A DNA stretch of 33,640 nucleotides, from positions 1 through 33,640 of the forward strand of contig JBJHCF010000025.1 in the NCBI GenBank assembly GCA_050506795.1, written 5' to 3'. The notes beneath the pieces are model-generated. The model ran no database searches, was not told where the DNA came from, and saw only the letters and a program-made list of their open reading frames with translations. The position numbers were made by a program, and so were the translations under genes. Shown here one piece after another: positions 1-10,000 of this stretch. Numbering within the stretch: the first letter of the stretch is position 1; the number at the start of each line of letters is the position of its first letter. The DNA is from Opitutia bacterium. GTDB lineage: Bacteria > Verrucomicrobiota > Verrucomicrobiia > Opitutales > T3Sed10-336.

Positions 1-19
1 ACACCCCACACCCCACACC
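1..19. repeat. Short tandem heptamer repeat (ACACCCC)n, truncated by window edge
   Basis: acacccc-acacccc-acacc at window start. Confidence 0.6.
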
Positions 20-182
20 TGTAGTCGGCTCATTTCCACCACGGACGTGGAAAAAAGTCGCGAGTTTGATTTACTCCTTCTGGCATTTTGACAATGCGGG
101 GTGGGTTGCTTCCGTGCGTCCAGACAACCCGGGTTCGCCACAACGGTGAACAGGGAAAACAAAGAATGAAAAGTATCCTCCA

Positions 183-1019
183 GTGAAAATACGTGTCCTG
201 ATCCCTGTGCTTGCTCTCCCTGTGGCGGTCTTCGGACTAAACGGTCCGGATTTGCAGCCGCTTTCAAATGCCGAGGCCGACGCCATCGTCGCCGCGCAAG
301 TCGTCGCCAATGCCGAAAAAGAAGCGAATCGGCCGATTAACCAGGTTGAGTTTGAGGTTCTGCATGAAAAGCAGGCACGGAGAGAGGACGGGGGCCGCTT
401 TATCCTTAGGCGGGTCGCGCCGCCGGATATTCCGGAGCGTGAATCCGAGACTGACTCAGATCCGTTTGCGGAACTCACGGCGGAGGATCGCGCCATAGTC
501 GAGGCCTACGGACTTACGGCGGCGGAGGTCCGGTATCTCAGCCGTGTCGAATTCTTGTGGCCCGTGATCTTCCCGCTCTCGGCGACGATTTACGAGGGAG
601 GGATCACTCGGATCCGCTGGCATCATGAGGGGCAGTCGTATACCGCCTATTCGAACATCGACTTTAACTATCTCCGGGGCGTACGTGGTTTCGAAAGCCC
701 AGACGGGGAAGTCTACTACAGGCTCAATATGGGCATCGGAGACGCGGTGTTCGAACGACTTCCGGACGCCCGTCCGCCCCTTCCCGATATCGATGCTGGG
801 CGTGCCGAATACGTTGTAGATCTCGGTGGTACAGCTGCTCTGGAGGATGACATCCTCGCGCCCCTCGACGCTCTTCATGATTGGTACGAGCAACATGAAG
901 CGCGCTTGAAGGTCGAGACCCAGCGCCGGGAGGCGATCAACGCGGCTTGGGAGCGGTATCGCCAGGCGAACCCGCCTGAAGTCACCGACACAGTGATTCA
1001 CTACTGGCAGGTGCCGTAA
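183..1019 (+). CDS. Hypothetical exported protein, 278 aa
   Basis: GTG start; signal-peptide-like N-terminus (MKIRVLIPVLALPVAVFG); helical C-terminus ending PPEVTDTVIHYWQVP; co-oriented with the next two genes. Confidence 0.8.
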   Translation: MKIRVLIPVLALPVAVFGLNGPDLQPLSNAEADAIVAAQVVANAEKEANRPINQVEFEVLHEKQARREDGGRFILRRVAPPDIPERESETDSDPFAELTAEDRAIVEAYGLTAAEVRYLSRVEFLWPVIFPLSATIYEGGITRIRWHHEGQSYTAYSNIDFNYLRGVRGFESPDGEVYYRLNMGIGDAVFERLPDARPPLPDIDAGRAEYVVDLGGTAALEDDILAPLDALHDWYEQHEARLKVETQRREAINAAWERYRQANPPEVTDTVIHYWQVP

Positions 1020-1094
1020 CAGCCCTGACGCGCGATGCGACTGGCATTAGATCTAGAACTTATTGATCATAAATTATTAAAGAAATAATAATAA

Positions 1095-3026
1095 ATGAAA
1101 ATCAAGCTTGTGCTCCTCATGCTGTCCTGCCTCTTCGTAGTGCCATTCCCGCACCGCGGAACCGCCCAGATCGCGGAAAGCTTCGTTGAAGACCTTACTG
1201 CGACGTACTCGTCGAGCCCGGAGATCCTTACCCTTTCATGGTGGGCAGGTGAAGAACCCTGGAGTTTTCAGATCCAATTTACTGAGGATCTCGACTCGAT
1301 GGAATGGGTGACGTTGCCCGATTTGTTTCCGTGGTCGGACGCACCCACTCAGGTGAACTTTGCAATCAGCGGTTCGAGCAGTGATCGAAGGTTTTACCGT
1401 TTAATTCGATGGCCATTCTTTGCCAAGGATTCCAATATGCTGATCCATGATATCCGGTTTATAGGTAACGAAGAGATGCGAACATACGTTACCGATGGAC
1501 TGAGCTATTTTCCCAACGATCCCGAGAATTTTATCGACGAAGGGATGTTGTTCTCCAATGGGCTTGCTGCCGCTTGGAATATGAGGGCTTATTCCGTTCA
1601 TGGTCATCCTTTTGCGCAGAGTTACAACCACAATCTTTTGGGCGATACGGATTTGAATCATTGGATGCTGAGTGGCGGTTTCGGGTGGGAGCTTCGTGAC
1701 ACCGACGGACGCGATCAATTCAGCACTCGCGACGCAGCGGGAATCGAAATCGATTTTCAAGTGGACCCATCCGTTGCAGCCGGGAGGGTTTTCGTCTCCT
1801 ACCTCTTTGCCTCGGAAGAATATTACATGCCTGCATTGGCGCATAACGACCCGCTGGGAATCTTTATTGCCGAACTTGATTCCTCTGGTGAACCGATACT
1901 TGAGACGCAAGTCAACCTGGGTCGGCTTGAGGAAACGCAGACCTACTCGAGCGCAATCAACGTCTATAACGTTGGAGACATCCAAGTGGTTACGCCAGAC
2001 TTTAAGTTGCCTCCCCATTCGGTGAATCTCGAACAGTCAGGTTTCGTAAACAATTCGCCCAAGCCGGAACACCATGACGAACTACAGAACCCGCCGCCGT
2101 ATGCTTTTGGCTATGCAGGCTTTACGTCGCGCTTGGCGGCGTCTGGAGGTGTGGCGATTGCCGACGCGGATATCGATGTCAGGACGCGTCTCAGGCAAGC
2201 GAACGTGGTCGGTGTCGGCGACGATATGAGCATTACCGGTGAGAAGGGATGGGGAGGTATCCTCTTCCGCGGAAGCAATCGACTCTTGGAGGAAGAATTC
2301 TACAGCGATCTGCTTAGCGGGTATGTTGCAGCCTTCGGCCTGAATTCCGGGAGCCCGGAGTTCACTCTCTACAAGGTTATGGACCTTGACGTTAATAACA
2401 TTGATGCATTCATCATACCCAACGATGCTTTTGGGACTTTCCCCTCAGACTTTGTCGAGGTGTTGGCTTCGGCGCCGATTGTGAACTTCGATGCCAACGC
2501 GTGGTACTGGATACGGGTAAAAGCGGAGGGAGACAATATCCTCGCAAAAATTTGGCGGGACGGGGAGACGGAACCAAGTATTTGGACGATTGATTACACG
2601 GATGCGAGTGATCCAATCGAATCCGGTTTTCTGGGGTTGATCCATCCCGATACGTTTGCAAATTCAGCCAGCGAGGTAAACGACATGCGCTGGGATATCT
2701 TTGAGGTGTTGGGGCCGGGAGGAGTGACCGTTGACTTCAGCGAGCACGAACCCGGTAAATACACGCCTCCTGGTTGGTCCACGGTAGGGTACGGGCGCAA
2801 TGCGTCCGAATGGGAGGTCATTGACGATTCCGGGTCGACCGGAGGCAGGCACATTCGACACAGGGATGACCACGAGCCACTGTCCGTGCTCCGGTTCGAA
2901 GGGCCGGGAACTGTGGAAGGCGGAAAGTCCTACCGGCTCAAGATTGTTGTGGCGGATATGTTTGATCCCATAATGAACTCTGCTATACTGATCGAAGGCG
3001 GAAGCATTCGAGTCATACCTGAATAA
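1095..3026 (+). CDS. Secreted protein with choice-of-anchor-L-like domain and inserted ConA/lectin-like beta-sandwich, 643 aa
   Basis: Signal peptide; YLFASEEY..NDPLGIFI and YRLKIVVAD..NSAILIEGGS motifs typical of choice-of-anchor L; insert WYWIRVKAEGDNILAKIW..EP..W; N-terminal TEDLDSMEW..RRFYRL domain. Confidence 0.75.
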   Translation: MKIKLVLLMLSCLFVVPFPHRGTAQIAESFVEDLTATYSSSPEILTLSWWAGEEPWSFQIQFTEDLDSMEWVTLPDLFPWSDAPTQVNFAISGSSSDRRFYRLIRWPFFAKDSNMLIHDIRFIGNEEMRTYVTDGLSYFPNDPENFIDEGMLFSNGLAAAWNMRAYSVHGHPFAQSYNHNLLGDTDLNHWMLSGGFGWELRDTDGRDQFSTRDAAGIEIDFQVDPSVAAGRVFVSYLFASEEYYMPALAHNDPLGIFIAELDSSGEPILETQVNLGRLEETQTYSSAINVYNVGDIQVVTPDFKLPPHSVNLEQSGFVNNSPKPEHHDELQNPPPYAFGYAGFTSRLAASGGVAIADADIDVRTRLRQANVVGVGDDMSITGEKGWGGILFRGSNRLLEEEFYSDLLSGYVAAFGLNSGSPEFTLYKVMDLDVNNIDAFIIPNDAFGTFPSDFVEVLASAPIVNFDANAWYWIRVKAEGDNILAKIWRDGETEPSIWTIDYTDASDPIESGFLGLIHPDTFANSASEVNDMRWDIFEVLGPGGVTVDFSEHEPGKYTPPGWSTVGYGRNASEWEVIDDSGSTGGRHIRHRDDHEPLSVLRFEGPGTVEGGKSYRLKIVVADMFDPIMNSAILIEGGSIRVIPE

Positions 3027-3048
3027 TGTCGCAAAAGGAGAAGATAAA

Positions 3049-3711
3049 ATGAAAGCACTGTCCAAACGATGGATTCTTTTTGTTGCGACGCTTGTTTGCC
3101 TGCACTCGGGAGCCGGTGTTGGTGATGCAGCGATCATCCATGTTCCAGATCAGAGCTTCGTTCTGACTGTAGCCGGGGAGTCGGGGTTGGTTGACGTGGG
3201 TGAATTGAATCTGCCCTTGAGCTTTTTCGCCAGTCAAAACGCGGTTCTGAATTGGAATTGGGAGCCTGCGGTACTGAACTTTCATCAGTTTGTCCAAGAC
3301 ACCTCGTTTGGAGCAGGTCCGTCTCCGCTACGCTTTGATGCCGGTGTGGAGATCGGCGGCGATCTATCGTGGACTTTCAACTCAAGGGCGGTCCGGAGTT
3401 TGGCGAGTATGGGCGAAATTGATAGCGGTTCTTTTTTTAATGCCGAAGGTTATCTGGCGGTCCGTGTGTATGAGGAAGAGTTCGGATGGGAAGTGGAGGG
3501 CGCGCTTCCGTACTACGGCTGGATCCAGGTATCGCACAGCGAGAACGACATGGCGTTGACGGTGCACGACTGGGCGTGGAACAGCGTCCCGGGCGAACCG
3601 ATCCAGGCCGGTCAGATCCCCGAACCGGCCGCCGCTGCTTTGCTGTCGGGTGTTGGGATACTGTTTTGGGCGCTGGCGCGGAGAAGGTCCCGGGGCGCGC
3701 GATGGGTGTGA
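3049..3711 (+). CDS. PEP-CTERM exosortase-sorted surface protein, 220 aa
   Basis: RBS aaaggag; signal peptide; C-terminal IPEP + hydrophobic helix + ARRRSR; YYGWIQV..WAWNSVPGEPIQAG precedes the sorting signal. Confidence 0.9.
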   Translation: MKALSKRWILFVATLVCLHSGAGVGDAAIIHVPDQSFVLTVAGESGLVDVGELNLPLSFFASQNAVLNWNWEPAVLNFHQFVQDTSFGAGPSPLRFDAGVEIGGDLSWTFNSRAVRSLASMGEIDSGSFFNAEGYLAVRVYEEEFGWEVEGALPYYGWIQVSHSENDMALTVHDWAWNSVPGEPIQAGQIPEPAAAALLSGVGILFWALARRRSRGARWV

Positions 3712-3757
3712 GCTTGCGTACTGTCGGCATTGTCTAACCCTGTGGAATACCGTGCCC

Positions 3758-3827
3758 TTTCGTGGGCAAAACAAGCCGTCGTTCTCGCGGGAAATCTGCC
3801 CACGAAACACACCAAACACACGAAAAA
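3758..3827. repeat. REP-like element (family C, CACGAAACA-type) with hairpin
   Basis: tttcgtgggca (3758-3768) / tgcccacgaaa (3797-3807) inverted repeat; ccacgaaacacaccaaacacacgaaaa nearly matches the reverse complement of 33234-33260. Confidence 0.7.
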
Positions 3828-4070
3828 CGAGCCGCGGACTTCCCGCAGAAAAGAAGTTCGGTTGCGGCCATGCCGCGCTGCGCAATCTGTGGTCAAGAAT
3901 TCCGTGATAGACCAGAGCCCGCAGCATCGGGCGATATTCTTAACCGACCGCCATTCTGGCTAGCCTGCTTGTCATATTGCACGGTTGGAGTGATCTCCGA
4001 ACGCGCCTTGCGACTGAAACGATTCAAGTCCTGATCAAGCACTTGGCCGTTGCGTGCGAGGCGTTCCCAT

Positions 4071-7000
4071 TCATTCCTGCGGCATTCGTACCCGCACCGA
4101 ACCAAAGGCGCGGGTGGCGGGTTCTTCGAGAGGAATTTCGATTCTCACTCGTTCCCAATTGACGTTGATATTGGTCACGCTTTGTGACCCGGTTCCCGGG
4201 GACCAGGTTTCCAGGTCGGTGGTGATCAGCGGGGTGTAAACCAGGTCGCTGTTTCGGCGTCGGACGTATTCGATCACGAGGAAGCGTTCCTGATCGTCAA
4301 TTAGCGCTACGGACGGAAGCCCGCCAGTTTCGTTCCCTCCCCGGGTCAACCGGCGGTGATCGGTGTCGGTCAGGTCCATGTTGAAGGCGAATTTGAGAAG
4401 GTTATACACGCCGTCGCCGAAAGGCGTCGCTTTTGGCTCGGCCCGCGCTCCGGACAACCCGGCTTCGGTTGTCGCCAGGTTAAAGAGGGTCCGCGCGTTC
4501 AGATCGAAGACGGCCGTGAACTCGATATCACGCTCCAGGTTGAATTCCGCGGGATTGTCCGTTCCGGCGATGCCTTGGGGGTCACTGCCGGGTGTCGTCC
4601 ATCTGGCGAAAACCGAATCCGGGTCCGCGACGGCTTCCACCCGGATAAGCGTGTCGGGTTGGGCTTGGCCAAAGTGGGGAAACTCCGCCACGGATACGTC
4701 GTTGACCACCACCGTCCCCGTGCCCTGTCCGGATCGATGGATCACGAACATGAGGTGTCTCGGTTCCCGAAAGAATTCGATTGGAGTGGGGACGAGGCGG
4801 TCTACCTGGTCGCCGTGTCCGAGTTGAAAGTTCCGGCCGGAGCCAAACGTAAACAGGCGGTCGTCCGTCGTGAGCGCGGTGCTGTGGGCGGTTCCCGCGG
4901 ATATGGACACGAAGGTTTCACCCGCCAGGTTTTCGTGTTGAATGGGAGTGGCAGCGTCGCGGTTTTCCGTATCGCCTAGTCCGAGGCGACCGTTCGCGCC
5001 TTGACCGAAGGAATAGACGGAGCCGTCCTCGGCGAGCAGAAGGGTATGGGTTCCTCCCGCGGCGATGCGCCGGATGGGAGCGTCGAATGAAGAGTCTCCG
5101 GCAACCGGAGCGGGAGAGAGCGGTGCCGTTGTTCCCGGGCCGCCGGTGACGAGTGCCTCACCGTCCGCAGTGAGCAGGACAGTGTGAAGCCCTCCGGCGG
5201 CAATTCCGGCAATGGATCGGTTTCCGAGCAATCGGGGGACGATCGGAGTGGGGATCAGTTTGTTTTCCCGGTCCCCGTGTCCGAGTTGGCCGCTTCCGCC
5301 CGATCCGAAGGTAAGCACAGTGCCGTTTAGCGAGAGGAGGGCGGTGTGCCGGCCTCCGGGCGTCCGGCCGATGCTTCCGCCGTTGCCGGCGGACAACCCC
5401 GTGATGGTGTACCCGGCGAGGTGGTCGGCGGGGATGGGAGTCGGCACGTCTCTGTTCTGGGTGTTGCCCTGCCCGAGTGCGCCGGCGCCGCCGGAGCCGA
5501 GAGTGAGAATGATGCCGGTCGAGGTGCGGAGCACGGTGTGCTGGAAACCCGCGGCCACGCCGGTGATGAGCTGGCCCTGGAGGTTTTCGGCCTCGATCGG
5601 AGTCGGTTCCAATAATGGGTTCGGGGCGTCCGGATGACCGAGTTGACCGAACGAGTTGTTGCCGAATGTGAACACCGTGCCGTCGGCCGACAGCAGGATG
5701 CTGTGGGCGGATCCGGCGGCGATGTCGATGATTGTGTGGCCCGTCAGGGCCTCGTTTTCGATTGGCGTCGGGACGATTGCCTGCGACGCGCCGATTCCCA
5801 ATTGCCCCAAACCGCCTGCGCCGAAACCGTAGACCGTGCCATCGCGTGCCAGGAAAAGGGTGTGGAATCCGCCCATGGCTACCTTGGGCTCCACCTTTCC
5901 GGGAATCACGGAAAGGGTGAGGGCGGTTTCCGCCTGGGTTTCGGCGCCCGGTCCGGCGGCACGCAGGCGGATGGAGTATTCTCCCGGGGATAGGGTGTCG
6001 CCGGTCCGCAGTTCGTCGCCGGACACGAGGAAAAGGGCGTTGTCGTTGTCGCCCTCGCCCGAAACGAGTTCGAACGCGGCCGAAGCGATCGGGGCGTGCA
6101 GTTTGCTCACCAACGCGTTCGGCCCGGTGCGCTCCGTGCCGATACGCGGGTGCCACACGGTGACCGCGAGGAAGTCAAAGGCGGCGGCCGCGGTCCGGTC
6201 GTCGTCCAGTATTACGGAAGCTATGGTTTCCGTCCCGTTGGCGTCGCCGACCCACTGCGCGAAGGAAGACCCCGCATCGGGAATCACCTCCAACTCCACT
6301 TCGCTTCCGGCCGGAAATTGTGTCGTGTAAGGAAAATCGGATACAACGTCGCCGTCGACCGAGATCGCGCCGGTACCGTCACCCTGCCTTTTGAGGTGGA
6401 GCACGCGGTGTCCCGGAAGATTGTAGAATTGAATGGGAGTGGGTACCAAGCGTTGAGCGTTGTCCCCGTGGCCGAGGCGGCCGTTTTCTCCGGAGCCGAA
6501 GGTGAGAATTGTCGTGTCCGCGGCGGTGAGAGCCGAATGTCGTGAGCCGGCGGCGATGCCGGTGATTTTATGTTCTGAAAGGGCGGCGCCTTGCAGGGGA
6601 ACCGGGGCCAGGCGGTCATCCGTATCCCCGTGCCCGAGTTGCCCGCTTTCCCCGGCGCCGAAGGCGAAAACCGTTCCGTCCTTCGCAAGCAGCAGGGTGT
6701 GGGTGTCTCCGGCGGCTACGGCGGTGATGTGGTGTCCGGAAAGGACTTCCGCCTCGATGGGGGTTGGTGCGGTACGGTTGTTTGTATCGCCGTGTCCCAA
6801 CTGGCCGAAGGCGTTGAAGCCCATGGTCAGGACGGTTCCGTCGGCATCCAGCAGGACGGTGTGTCCGGTGTGCGAAAGACTGCAGCTCGGTCGAATCCCG
6901 CCGGCGGCGATGGCGACTATCGTCCGGCCGGAAAGGTTTTGGTGTTCGACGCGTTGAGGGGTTGGGCTCCTGCCCAGTTCACCCAGGCCTCCTCGGCCGA

Positions 7001-10000
7001 AAGTGAACACGTCGCCGTTCGCCGAGAGCAGGACCGAATGGCTCAGGCCGGCGGCGATGGCGATGATGGTATGGCCTTCGAGCGTTTCGCTCGCGATCGG
7101 CATGGGGACGTGACGGTCGTCGAGATCACCGTGTCCCAATTGCCCCTGGGCGCCGAGACCGAAGGAAAAGACGGTGCCGTCGGAGGACAGCAGCAGGGTG
7201 TGCGCGGCTCCCGCGGCGACGCGGACGATGGTGTGCCCGTCCAGGTTCTCGTGAACGAGGGGTTGCGGTTCCCGCCGGTCCTCCGTGTCCCCGTGACCCA
7301 GGCGTCCGTTCGCGCCGGAGCCGAAGGTGAAGACGGCGCCGCCCGACGACAGGGTCACCGTGTGATCGTGTCCGGTCGCGACCTGGGATAGTTGTTCCTG
7401 TGAGTGCAACTCGCTTTCCAGCCCCTTCGGGAAAAGCTGGTCCCGGGTGTCGCCGTGACCCGTTTGTCCAAACGTCCCGCTGCCGAAAGTGAAGAAGCCT
7501 CCGTCGGCATCGATCACGGCCGAATGCCGCCCGCCCAAGGCGACGCGGGCGTCGGGAACGATCACGGCGATCTGGATGACCCGCTCGAGGACGAGCCCCG
7601 TCGCGCTGGTGGCGCGCAGGCGAATCGAGTACTCGCCGATGTCCAGCGATTCCGAGAGGAGCAACCCGTTGCCGTCGACACTGAAGCTGGCGTTGTGCGT
7701 GTCGCCTTCGCCCTCGACGAGGGCAAAGGCCCACGGGTCGCCTGCCCGGCCCGCGGCGTATAACAGGCTGACTTGTTCGCCGGGTTGGGCGCGATTCATG
7801 CTGATGGATGGCGTCCAGACCACCACCGTCTCCCAAGCGAACACCGCGGTCACACTTTTATGGCCGTCCAGGGTGATGGTGGCGGACTCGTTGGCGCCCG
7901 CGAGGTCGCCGGTCCATTCCTTGAAAAAGGAATCCCCGCCGGCGACGGCTTCCAGGAGGACTTCGGTTCCCTCTTCACGAGCCAGGTGATGGGGAAACGT
8001 GGATACGGGCTCCCCGTCGATCAGGACGGTGCCTCCGCCCGTGCCGGCGATCTTCAGTTCCAGGGTGAACGATTCGCGCAGGTTGAAAGGGACTATGCGG
8101 GTCGGAACCGTTCTCAGGTGGTCGTCGCCGTGACCGAGACGACCGAATCCGCCGTTACCGAAGGTAAAGACGAATCCGTCGAGGGTGACCAGCACACTGT
8201 GTTCCTGTCCGGCGGCCAGATCGAGGAACGACTGACCCGCCAGGTTCGGGTGCTCGATGCGGGCAGGGATCGTGCGGTCGGCGAAATCCCCATGCCCCAG
8301 CTTGCCGGAGCCGCCGCCCCCGAAACTGAAAACGGCGCCTTCCGCCGTATTCAGAAGCGAATGCCAGCCTCCCGCGGCGACACCCACGATGTTGTGTTCG
8401 GCCAGGGGCGGATGGTCGATTCGTTTCGGCGTGGTCCGGTCGGCCTGGTCTCCGTGTCCCAGTTGTCCCTCCCTTCCTCGGCCGAACGTGAACACGGAGC
8501 CTCCTTCGGATAGGAGCAGGGTGAAGCTGCCTCCGGCGGCAACCTTGGTGACCTTGTGATCGTCGAGGACCTCCTGCTCAATTTGACGGGGAACGAGGCG
8601 GTCTTCGGTGTCACCGTGTCCGAGCTGACCCGATCCCCCGGGGCCGAACGTGAAGACAGCTCCCTCCGCCGACCGCAGGACCGAGTGTCCGGAGGCGGCC
8701 AAATCCGTGATGCTGTGTCCGGCCAGAGGGTCGCTCTGGATCGGCATGGGTGTGTTGTGACTTGTGGTGTCGCCGTGGCCCAGCGGTCCCGATGTGCCTC
8801 GACCGAAGCTGAATACGGTTCCGTCCGAGGCCAGAAGGAGGGTGTGGGTGCCGCCCGCTGCGATCCGCACGATGCGATACCCATCGAGAAGCAGCGATTC
8901 GATTGCCGTCGGCACCAAACGTACGTCCGAGTCTCCGTGCCCAAGGCGCCCCCATGACCCGGAGCCGAAGGTGAACACGGTCCCGTCCGCTGAAAGCAAC
9001 ACGGTGTGGCTGGACCCCGCGGCGACATCGATGATGGCGTGGCCGTCCAGGTTTTCGTGATCGATCGGTGTCGGTTGGAGGCGCCCGGCCGTATTGCCGT
9101 GCCCGAGACGCCCGTCGTCGCCTCGGCCGAAGGTGTAGACGACGCCTTCCGTCGAAAGGAGGACCGTGTGGTTGCTGCCAACTGCACTTTTGGGTGCCAC
9201 CTTATGGGGCACTACCAAGATGGAGAACGTATCCTCCACCATGGCGCCGTTTTCGGTGCTTGCCCGCAAGCGGACCCGGTACTCGCCCTCGGCCAGGGAA
9301 GCGGCGGTTTGGAGTTCGTCAGCGCTGACCGCGAAGCTCGCGTTGTTGTCATCGCCCTCGCCGGCGGCCAGGGTGAAGATCGCGGTGTCTCCCATTCCGG
9401 CGGCGTGCAGCAAGCCGACCCGCGCTCCGGCGCCGGTGCGGTTGGCGCCGATGGTATCGTTCCACAGGACCAGTCTCTGGCGGATGAACGCGGCCGCAAC
9501 GCTCCGGTCTTGATCCGCGTTGAGAGTCAGATTAACGCCGGACTCGGACGAAACGCCCAGCCAGCGGTCGAGCAGCGAGCCGGTTGCGGGAACGGCTTCC
9601 AGCGCAAGGTTCGATCCGGTCTCGAACTGCAGGAGTCGGGGAAGGTCCTCCACGGTTTCGCCATTGACCAGGACGGTGCCGGCACCTCCGCCCGACACGT
9701 CCAGACGGAGCAATCGGTGTCCCGGGAGCCGGAAGAAGTCGAGTTGGGTGGGTGCGAGACGGTCTTCTTCATCGAAATGTCCCAATTTCCCCATTACGCC
9801 CCAGCCGAAGGTGAAGACTGTACCATCGGCGGAGACGGCGACGGTATGCGAGCCGCCGGCGGCGATTTCGATCACGTTTTTGCCGTCCAGGTTTTCGTGG
9901 GTAACCCGAGCGGGAGTCAGTCGTTCCTCCGAATCCCCGTGCCCGAGCCGGCCGGAATCGCCCGCGCCGAAGGTGAAAATTTCGCCGGCTTCGGTCCTCA

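Noticed and set aside
88..116. Sigma70 promoter at TTGACA upstream of the first gene
   Set aside because: No credible -10 hexamer at 16-18 bp spacing
3730..3990. Integron attC site (GTCTAAC after the PEP-CTERM gene)
   Set aside because: No matching GTTRRRY box at a suitable distance, no intI, and genes have mixed orientations
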